From positions 405,480,001 to 405,544,000 of the forward strand of contig CM097882.1 in the NCBI GenBank assembly GCA_044892505.1: 64,000 nucleotides of DNA, read 5' to 3'. Position numbers and translations under genes: made by a program. Below the pieces are notes generated by a model, which saw nothing but the letters and a program-made list of their open reading frames with translations, was not told the origin of the DNA and made no database searches. The number at the start of each line of letters is the position of its first letter. Positions within the stretch are counted from its first letter, which is position 1. Positions 54,201 through 64,000 of the stretch are shown in pieces. This DNA is from Schmidtea nova. Lineage: Eukaryota.

Positions 54201-54512
54201 ATGAAATTAATATAATAAAATGATAGTCTGTGACAAAACATGTTGAAATAGTTATTGGAAATATATAGTCTGTAACAAAAATGTGAAATAATTATTGGAA
54301 ATATATAGTCTGTGACAAAATAATTATTGGAAATACGCGCGCGGGTTAAATACAATGAGACATCACAGAAACATCAAGAATTTAAACATTATTGTAAAAA
54401 ACATAACGGGTTTTCATACCAAAATTATTGTTATAGTTCTAAATAAAACTTTAAAATTTAAAATACCACAACGTAAAATATTTTTAAAGTACCACAACGT
54501 AATAAATGTTGG

Positions 54513-54547
54513 TATATATCTATTACAATTTTATAAGTAATTCATTT
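54513..54547 (+). promoter_or_regulatory. TATA-like box and initiator at the inner end of the left arm (mirrored at 55305-55339)
   Basis: TATATA at 54513, TCATT about 30 nt downstream, ATG at 54554. Confidence 0.45.
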
Positions 54548-54553
54548 TAAACT

Positions 54554-54887
54554 ATGAACTCTCAACAAAATTCCAATAATGATAATGAAGTTAAGGAAAC
54601 AATATCAATAAATGGAACTTCGATATTTGAAAGTCCTAAACTTTCAAGAAAACGTTCAAGTAAATTTATATTTATTTTTTATAAAGTTATTATTATTACA
54701 TTTATTAGAAAGAAATAAAGAAATAAAGAGTCCAATCGAAGAAATACAGAACATAATCTACTCATATATGGACTCAAAAGAAAGATTGATTAGCAAGCTT
54801 CGCAAAAAGAATATAGAAATAATCAAGTTGAAAATTGAAAATGAAAGATTAATGAAAGAAATCCGAGAATCGAAAGATGTTCAATGA
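54554..54887 (+). CDS. Two-exon 94-aa basic/coiled-coil protein in the inverted-repeat spacer
   Basis: join(54554-54659, 54709-54887) with a 49-nt GT-AG intron in frame: MNSQQNSNNDNEVKETISINGTSIFESPKLSRKRSKRNKEIKSP...RLISKLRKKNIEIIKLKIENERLMKEIRESKDVQ*. AATAAA immediately follows the stop. Confidence 0.65.
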
Positions 54888-55147
54888 AATAAAATATTTT
54901 AATAGATTTGTTTTGTTTTGTTTTGTTTTTTTTTTATACATCATCCGAGTTAAAATTTTATTAGTATATTTCTTATATTAAATAATAAACATGTAAAGTA
55001 AATAACATTTTTGAATGTATAGATACATAATTTATAGTAAAGCTATTGATGACATATATAACTATTTAAAGATATGAAGAGGTGAAATAATTAATATTTT
55101 AGACCATGTTTTTGATCTTTCGATGAAATTATTAAATATTCACAAAT

Positions 55148-55212
<65 letters not shown>

Positions 55213-58200
55213 ATGATGGATATGTTTCTTAGGATATCTTGCTTGATACTTTGTTTTTAATGTTGAAGTTTTAACAATATCCCCTAAATACATATTTATA
55301 TCTCAAATGAATTACTTATAAAATTGTAATAGATATATAGCAACATTTATTACATTGTGGTACTTTAAAAATATTTTACGTTGTGGTATTTTAAATTTTA
55401 AAGTTTTATTTAGAACTATAACAATAATTTTGGTATGAAAACCCGTTATGTTTTTTACAATAATGTTTAAATTCTTGATGTTTCTGTGATGTCTCATTGT
55501 ATTTAACCCGCGCGCGTATTTCCAATAATTATTTTGTCACAGACTATATATTTCCAATAATTATTTCACATTTTTGTTACAGACTATATATTTCCAATAA
55601 CTATTTCAACATGTTTTGTCACAGACTATCATTTTATTATATTAATTTCATGCTGGTAGAACATGTAGTAGCAGAACATTGCGAACAGAACATTTAGTAG
55701 CAGAACCTATTCTGTGATGGTTTTTATGTGCAAAAGCTTCCAACTTGAACATTTGTTGCAATTCATTCAGCATCATTTGTTCTAATATTTTCACCATTTA
55801 ATATTTTCTCTATTGTTTTTTAAAATGTCTATTGGTTTTCCTCATTTTAATGAAGGATTTACTCTAACAATTTATTGTCACTCGTATAATTTTCATTAAA
55901 TTTATCCACTAGCAGAACATTTCAAACAGAACCTTTAGTAACAGAACATCTTTTGTGATGGTTTTTATGTGCAAAAGCTCATTATTCACACATATAATAA
56001 AATAACAATCATTAGCATATAAGCTTCGATCAATGTAACAGAAAAATTGTGAAAGCATATTACATTTACTGATACACTTTTAATGACAATTATTATGTGA
56101 ATATTTCTTGTTTAATGAAATGCTATTTTTGTTTGATGAATTTCAATGTATTTTTGATGAATGTCATTGTATTTGTGAGATTTTGTGGATATTTTCTTGT
56201 AATTACGCTATAGAATTATGATATTTCATATATATAATGATAATTTTTGATGACATTTCATATATATTTGATATGTATTCTAATGTATTTGTGATATTTT
56301 GTGATAATATTTTGTGTATGTTTGTATTTTTTTTTGATAATTTGTACATGAATATCTATGTATTTTGTGATGACATTTCATATGATCTATTTTTAATATG
56401 TTATCAAACTATAGTAAGATAATATTTGATGTATCTAATATCATTTTGTGAGTATTTTAATGTATTTGCACTATAGTATGACGATATTTCATGCATTCAA
56501 CCTCATTTTAAAGTAGAATTTATTGTAATGTTTGAAAGATTTATTTCCATTCATATAACTTTCATTAATTTTATACTGTAGCAGAACATGACTAGCAGAA
56601 CATTGCGAGCAGAACCCTAGTATCAGAACATCTTTTGTGATGGTTTTTATGTGCAAAAGCTCATTAGTTAAACAATTACTACTGTTAAGTTATAGTGTGA
56701 TGATATATGTAATTATATTTTGTATGTGTAATGGACTTTTTATATTTTGTATGTGATAATTTTCTAAGTATGTTATTATATACTTTGTGTATGTATGATA
56801 ATATTTTATGTGTTGATATTTGTGATGATATTTCATATAATTTTGATATTTCTGTATATTTATTATGTAATTGCACAAGTATGTAGATATTTCTTTAATG
56901 ATTATTGTTGTGAATTTGATTTAATTTCTGTATATTTTTTGATGATTATCTATTTAATTGTACTATAGTGTGATGATATTTAATGTATGTAATGATACTT
57001 TGTGATGATATCCTTTGTATGTATGATACATCTTTTGATATTATATATGTATTTTACACTAGTATGATAACAATTCATGCATTTGACTGACTATAACATG
57101 ATTACTTTTCATATGAATGATATCCTTTGTGTATGTATGTATGATATTTCTTTTTAATATTAAGTGTATTTGGAATATAGCATGATAATATTTTGTCTGT
57201 ATTTGTATTAAAGTATGATGATATTTCATGTATGTAAAGATATTTTGTGATGATATTTCATATATGTAATGATATCCTTTGTGTTTAGGATTTATTTCTA
57301 TGTACTTTTGCTATTTTGTATGTAGATATTTCATGCATGTTATAACATTTTGTGTAATGATATTTCATGTATGTAATGATACTTGTATGTATTTTAATAA
57401 TTTTCTATCTATTTCAATGTATTTTTATGTTATCAAACAAAAATATGATAATCTTTTATATATTTTCTTTGTGAATCTTTGATATTTTATGATCATGTTT
57501 CATATATTTTGTGAGTATTTCTAATGTTTAGACACTATAATGTGATAATATTTCGTGTATGTTTGTATTTTTCTTTGTAGTTTACATAAAAGTATAATAA
57601 TATTTCATATATATGATAAGCTTTTGTTCAATATGATAATATTCTGTGTATAATCATTATTATTATTATTGTATGTATTTCTAGTGTGTGAAAAATTTCC
57701 TATAATTTTGTGTGTATTTTGTGATGATATTTCATGTATCTTTTCTATTTTCTATGTAATTTGCACAATAATAATAATATTTCATGCATGTGATAATCTG
57801 TAATGATATTTCTTATATGTGATATTTTGTATGTGTGATGACTCTATATATCTTTGTTAGTTTCTGTATTTTGTGGATATTTCAAGTATTTCTATGTTAC
57901 CAAACTATAGTAAGATGAAATTTTATGTATGTTTGTATTTCTGATATTTTGTATGTATATTTATTCACTATAGTATGGTGATATTTTGTACATATGTGAT
58001 AAATTTCTATGTATTTTGTATGTATTTTTGATAATATTTCATATATATGATGTTTTTGTATGTGACGAATTTCTATGTACTTTTCATATTTTGTGTGTAA
58101 TTTTGGTGATTTTTATGTAATTTCAGTATGATGATATTTTGTATGTAATTTGCACAATAGGATAATGTTATTTCATGTATGTAATGATACTGTGATAATA

Positions 58201-58583
58201 TTTCAAGTATGTAATGTATATTTCATATATTTCTGATATATTTGTACTATAATTTAAGAATAATTTGTGTGATTATCTCAATAGTATGATAATTTTTCAT
58301 GTATTTGTCATAGTGACAGAACATTTAGTAGCAGAACATTGCGAGCAGAACCCTAGTAGCAGAACCTATTCTGTGATGGTTTTATTGTGCAAAAGCTCAT
58401 TACTTGAACATATTTCTAACAATAAATATATTGTTACCGAATTTTCAATGTCCCTTATCGTCATTTCAATGTAACAGTTTAGCAAAACTTTCAATCATTG
58501 GTTGGTCAATAAAATGGTAGGTTATTAAATTGGTTGATTTTTGCAATATAAATACAACTTGTAAATAGTATTGATTGACGTAA

Positions 58584-59157
58584 ATGAATAAAGAAACAAA
58601 TAAAGAAGAGTTTTAAAAATATATATATTTAAATTAATTATTTTAAACTAGGTTACAGATAATTTCATTACTTTGGACAATTGAATCCAATCATTTTTAA
58701 TACTTGATGACCTTTTAACTTCGATTGAGAAATGCGATATCGACATTCTTTCAAAATTATTCAAATCCTTCAATAATAAATTAATTATTGGTTTAACAGA
58801 ATCATTCGGATATGATAAATCCATGATGAAATTATCCAGTTTTATTATGATTGTTAATGATATCGATTCTACTGAATTCAATTTGAATACCATTTTCTGG
58901 TCATGTATGGAATTTCGACTTGGAAAATATCGTACTATTATTCGAACTTTCATGCTGAATGTGGATATTTTAGAGGTAAATGTAACCAATAAATTGGAAG
59001 AAACCAAACAAAGATTACTCACGTGTTCAATATGTAATATCAATAGAGTTGGCATTTTATATTTACCTTTTGGACATGTCATTATTTGTTCAAAATGTAT
59101 AAAAAATATTGATAAGTGTGAATCTTGTGGTATTAATATTGATGAATATCATGTGAT
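58584..59157 (+). pseudogene. Mirror copy of the RING cargo gene, interrupted near its 3' end by the Polinton at 59158
   Basis: Same sequence as 50684-51267, including the TGA (58682-58684); diverges after EYHVI. Confidence 0.7.
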
Positions 59158-59555
59158 AGTAGGCAGTTATGTGCCCTCTGACTCATCATTATTACGTAAT
59201 TATTACGTAATTTATTACATAACAAAGGAATATTACGTAATCGGTGACCCCCCACCCCACCCCCACCCCCCCCCTTTTTTACACACACACAGACGATGAG
59301 TCATAAAATTTAAATTTGAATTTCCAAAGGTCAAATAAGGTCAAACCTTCAAACAAGGGTATCATTCGAAAGGTCTTGGAGAGGTCTATACAATGGTCAT
59401 ACCCTCGAAGGTGTATGGAGGGTCCTTAACCTTCAAGGGGTCAAAAACATAAAAAACATAAAATTTTACAAAACATTTTTTTCAAAAACACAAAGTGAGA
59501 ATTAATCAACATTTATTAATAAATACACATATATATGACAACAATGTTATTCCAA

Positions 59556-59999
59556 CTATGCAATTCTTGCGCTTTTTATCTTCCAAATTGGAGACATTGA
59601 TTCTTTTTGATCGATTTTATATCCTTGGATGGATATATCAATAAACCAATTTTCATTATCCGTATATTCAACTGATTGAAATGCATCATGAAATTCAGTG
59701 TTCCTGTTGTTGATGAATATAGTTTCATTGCAAGATAATTTCTTGTTGATTTTCGTCAACACTTTATTGATTGCAACAACATCTTCTTTATAAATCTGAC
59801 CAATCAAGTTGGAATATTGCGAAGTCGAAAGCTTTACCGGATTTGGGACCTTGAAAGAGATTTCGTTTACCAAGAAAAACATTTGGTAATCGTGAAACAT
59901 CTGAACCGGTCGTAAATCAAATTTGTTTTGAGTTGATTTGTTATCGTTCCTAACTGGTTTCATTTTAATTGGACTCAATTTACTGAAAAGATTTTGCAT
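59556..59999 (-). CDS. 147-aa Polinton accessory protein, possibly an OB-fold ssDNA-binding protein
   Basis: Intact ORF with upstream TATAAATA (~60028-60035), CCAAT (~60057) and downstream AATAAA (59512-59517). The beta-rich C-terminus IDISIQGYKI..SPIWKIKSARI resembles viral OB-fold SSBs; tentative. Confidence 0.65.
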   Translation of the reverse strand: MQNLFSKLSPIKMKPVRNDNKSTQNKFDLRPVQMFHDYQMFFLVNEISFKVPNPVKLSTSQYSNLIGQIYKEDVVAINKVLTKINKKLSCNETIFINNRNTEFHDAFQSVEYTDNENWFIDISIQGYKIDQKESMSPIWKIKSARIA

Positions 60000-60226
60000 T
60001 TTATGAACAATTCTATTTTTGTTTTCTTATTTATACTCGTCATCGTCTGTGTGCAGCCAATCAGATTCTTGCACATGTCTTGTAAATCAATTGCACATGT
60101 CTTGCTAATCAATTGGCTATGTATTAATAATTGACTTTGTATACATGTTGATGATTATCTACTGCAATTTCTTTCTATATATGTTGTAAGTTATTTACAT
60201 ATCTATCGCAATTTTATTGTCTATCC

Positions 60227-60283
<57 letters not shown>

Positions 60284-60455
60284 TACTATTACTAAAATTA
60301 TTTTCTATTATAATTTTCAATAAATATTCAACATCAACATTTTATAAAAATTAATTTTAACTACAAAACATCTTTCATAACTCGTTTTAAGAAAATAAAT
60401 ACTTTATAAAATTTTGTACACGGATATCTTGCGTGTGTGTGTGTGTGTTTGATGC

Positions 60456-60582
60456 AAATAAAAGTACGCATTGAACGCGCGTGAAACGCGCGTTCTTCTT
60501 CCCTTGTTGTTTGAGACAAATAAAAGTACGCATTGAACGCGCGTGAAACGCGCGTTCTTCTTCCCTTGTCGTTTAAGACAAA
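60456..60582. repeat. Two ~62-bp direct repeats, each with a GC-rich hairpin
   Basis: GAACGCGCG-TGAAA-CGCGCGTTC at 60473-60495 and 60535-60557. Confidence 0.85.
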
Positions 60583-61122
60583 TAACAAAATTTATAAAAA
60601 TTCCAACAATCAAAAACTAAAATTTAAATTAATAACATTTATTAAATAATATTTGTAAAATAACATTTATGCATATCGTGCACTGTCAATAATAATAATA
60701 ATAATAATTTATAATAATAAAGATGTTATTAATAATAAAAACTAAGACAAAATAATTAAAACTGAGAATAAGTTATAACTTATATTCAAATATTTTACAA
60801 ATAAAAATGTTAACACAAAATTTATTCACAATTTGCATTGATTAATATGTGGATTGATTGATTGATTGAAATGTGGATTGAACTTCTAAATAATTTTACG
60901 AATTGTGTATGTTGTAAGGTTTCTGTTTTATTGATTACTGTTTTGATTTCTGTTTTATTGATTGAATGATTGTTTGATNNNNNNNNNNNNNNNNNNNNNN
61001 NNNNNNNNNNNNNNNNNNNNNNNNNNNNNNNNNNNNNNNNNNNNNNNNNNNNNNNNNNNNNNNNNNNNNNNNNNNNNNNNNNNNNNNNNNNNNNNNNNNN
61101 NNNNNNNNNNNNNNNNNNNNNN

Positions 61123-64000
61123 GTTGACGGCTCATTTTGCAATTGTCTTGCTCGCCGTTCCAGGTATTCGGTTATTCTCCTGGACTCTTGGTCTGGATCA
61201 ATCGGAGGATCATCTATAAAAGTGTCACCCCCCCGATAGTGCCCATATGCCAAAGATTTATTTTTAGCAACCCAGTTGCGTTTGTCATCGTTACATGTCA
61301 GTGCTGTTTTGTGATTATTTATGCTGTATAGTTGATGATTTTTGCTGATGATCCTAAACTGTGGAACTGTATATATTTTATTATTATTATAACAGTCAAA
61401 GTAATTCGCATGATGAATCCCCGCATCTTTCAATGTTATTCCCTTTGCTTTTATACATTCCTCATCACCCAGCAAGCTATAACATTTTGGTCGTAAAAAT
61501 ACCCACTCATCGTATTTGAGTCCTTTATTCTCGTCTTTGAATTTTCCAATGACAGAATCAAGGCTCCTCGAATACAATGGATGATTAGGGTCATAATTGG
61601 ATGTATCTAATAATTCATCCCTAATCATCGCGGACAAAAGAATATTTAGTTTGCAGTTTTTGATTTCCAAAAAGAAGGAATCAGTGTCTCCAGCTACAAT
61701 ATTTATTACGCAGTTAAATTGTTCGCGATATTTTTGCAGCTCATTATATTGTAGCTGGTACATTCTCAGTTTAGATAGATCTAGTACAGTCTGACCGATG
61801 TAACTAGGTCTATCTAAACACACTGATTGCTTCCTTAGCAAGACTGAAATCAAATTATGATCAATTTTGGTAGTACTACGGAAATATGGACTACTACAAT
61901 ATGTCATTAATTTTGTTGTAGAATTGCACAAACGTAAATTAATGCGTTTCTTTAAATTTTCAACAGTCTTGCCGTAAAGACTGTTGTTTAATAATTTATA
62001 AAAGTCTTTATCTATCTTTGTGGTGGATGAAGCTCTTAAATTTGTGTTGGTGTCCACATAATCTTTGAACAATTTACTTTGTGAGAAACGAATTGCTCTG
62101 TGTGTTTTTGTGACTATAACACCTAATTGTAAAAATATTTGTAAAAGTCTCCAATGGAGAACATAATTTGTTTTTGAATAATGTGTTAACATCAATTTTT
62201 CAACCTTTGAACCAGGAGCACACATCTTTTCAGCGGCTAGTGGAAGATCATCCACGTAGTCGTGAATAGATGCCGGTATTTCTAAGTCTACTTCTATGGT
62301 ATAACCATAGCTAAGCAGACTTAGATCTACCGTAGTGCATTCAATTAATATATTATTTAATAATTGGTCATCCGTGACCCAAACAAAGTCTCCGTCCGGT
62401 AAATTTTGAGATAAAGCCCAGCCATACAGGTTGTTGATATCTATATACAACAGCTCTGTATCTGAACTTGATTGAGCAAAATGTTTATTTACGAAAGTTA
62501 ACCCTCCTCTGATACCACCCTCAAAGAAGTTATACATCTCCATGTCAGTTAACAGTGTAATAGGATGTTCCAAAGTCATAAGAGCCGAACTCCAACTCAT
62601 ACCTGGAATTCCCAGAAAATTTAGTGGCTCGAGTTTATTGTGTGCGATACTCCTTGCACGAAATTGTTGGAAATAATCTGCCAAAAGAAATACGTCGAGT
62701 TTCAAATAGACCATCATGTAATCGAAAAGCGAATTACAATTGGTCTCTCTCCATATTCTTTTAGCCATTTCATATTCAGAATCGGTCACACCACTCCAAA
62801 TTGGTGGTAATTCAGAAGTTGACCTCAAAACTTGCAACGATGTAGCAGCATCATATGGGAAAACTCCCTTAGATGTTATTATTGAACCCGTGAATTCAGA
62901 TGAAGTCAAAGGAAATGATGTTAATGTTTTCACAGCTGTATCGAGAGATTTATTGACAAACTGATAAGAATCAATGAATTTTACAGTCAGTGAACCAATT
63001 CTCGCGTAAAGACTGAGAAATTTCTCACTAGTTACTGGGACACAGCTTATATTCCATTTCTCATATTTAGACAAGCCAAATTTGATGATATGATGGAGAT
63101 CATACCCTCTCAAATTGTGAAACACAACTGGCAGATTGTGACGAATTTGTCGCGAAAGATTGCATTTTGAGCAAGCTGCTCCAAGATACTTCCCGTTATA
63201 ATGATCATGATCCATAACAGGTTTCTCAATTAATTTTTTACATAAATAGCAATGAGTGGAGGTACAAAAATTTTCAATGACCTCGTCGGTTAAAATAATA
63301 AGTTTATTAAAATTATTATAGTAAAAAGGTGATACAATATTTTTACTAATTTTCTCAATTTCATGGAGAAATTGATCTACACATTCCGATCCGTAAAAAG
63401 ATTTATAAAATTTATCTCCAGTGAGATTATTAATACACAAAAGCCCTGCTGAAATGGGTAAGTGTTTCTGATAATATTTAGCGTCCTTAGGCAAGATTGC
63501 TACGAAATCAGCATAGATTACAAAGGGAGGAGTGACAGTTTTCTTCCAGTCATCAAATTCGAGAAGGGGATTTTCGGGTAAGGTATACAAGGTTGTACCT
63601 AATTGGTTTTTATCGCAAAGACCACGATGACGAAGAAAAGTATCATTATTTCGAAAGCCGTTAAGACACCTAGGACACCATTTACAAGAAATTCTCACTT
63701 GGGTAATTGAAGCATTTTTACAATTTAAAAATTTGTTTATATCATTTATACCAGTGTAATGAAATTTATCTTTCTTTTCCAATAATAATAAATTTATAGG
63801 TGTGGGAGAAACAATCTTACTTTTATAAATTATGTCGATGAATGGATGTTTCAACACCTCGTCTTTATTTGTTAAATCAATTAATGCTTTTTCATTATAC
63901 GACAAAACATTAATTGATAACCCAGGATTTTGCAGTTCAAATTTAGCAATGTTCTGAAGTTTCATGGGCATATCTTGTGGGTCAAAACGAAGAGAAGAAA
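61123..64000 (-). CDS. polB: Protein-primed family B DNA polymerase (Polinton-type) with an endonuclease VII-like insertion; 5' end outside the window, 3' end in a gap
   Basis: Exonuclease motifs YADFV, FHNLRGYD, YLKLDV. Polymerase motifs YIDINNLYG, KLLNNSLYGK, GDTDS, RPKCY. EndoVII-like CYLC..DHDH..G..CSKCN. The frame stays open upstream of 63971 to the window edge. Confidence 0.96.

Larger units (their letters stand above)
47945..59157. mobile_element. Non-autonomous family-B Polinton-derived fold-back element with very long inverted arms
   Basis: Starts AGTAGGCAGTTATGTG, the same terminus as the pPolB element at 59158. Followed by the ~120-bp array, gaps, 30-bp repeats and the inverted repeat 50693-54547/55305-59158. 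Continuity across the N-gaps is assumed. Confidence 0.55.
50693..59158. repeat. ~3.85-kb near-perfect inverted repeat (arms 50693-54547 and 55305-59158; 757-bp spacer)
   Basis: Mirror-image ORF sets in the track. Direct comparison shows only a handful of substitutions and one 1-bp indel. Confidence 0.97.
59158..64000 (-). mobile_element. Polinton/Maverick (family B) terminus and replication module, extending beyond the window
   Basis: AGTAGGCAGTTATGTG terminus and TIR to ~59450, followed by a 147-aa ORF and pPolB. Confidence 0.88.

Noticed and set aside
50693-59158. Inverted repeat as a pure assembly artefact
   Set aside because: The arms differ at several positions and have structured boundaries, so an artefact is disfavoured, though not excluded without reads.
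59158-59299. Pro/His-rich extension of ORF 58823-59299
   Set aside because: Read-through into the inserted Polinton TIR.
60822-60978. C-terminal tail of the 1049-aa pPolB ORF
   Set aside because: Low-complexity sequence after a gap; the frame is arbitrary and the true stop is probably in the gap.

Overview
AT-rich eukaryotic genomic window with six N-gaps, made up mostly of nested transposable elements. The ~45-nt introns and the element spectrum fit an invertebrate such as a planarian, but that is inference. Two candidate host genes are missing from the ORF track: a secreted LRR-like ORF running off the left edge, and a spliced Ena/VASP-type EVH1 gene at ~31.0-31.6 kb. Recognisable elements are three decayed Ty3/Gypsy elements, a gag-only retroelement, a ~4.1-kb putative solo LTR, two piggyBacs, two mariners, and several hAT/pogo MITEs. 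The most interesting part is a Polinton/Maverick-type cluster (34.9-37.3 kb and 43.9-64 kb, with a relic at 10.5-13.3 kb). It has four AGTAG termini, three inserted into other elements, and a protein-primed PolB with a neighbouring SSB-like ORF. It also contains a ~3.85-kb near-perfect inverted repeat whose arms end at inward-facing TATA/Inr motifs around a small spliced gene. Linked cargo includes spliced IAP-type RING and death-domain-like genes, an array of tRNA-like Pol III units, and dense AP-1/CRE/DR1 motifs in the termini.
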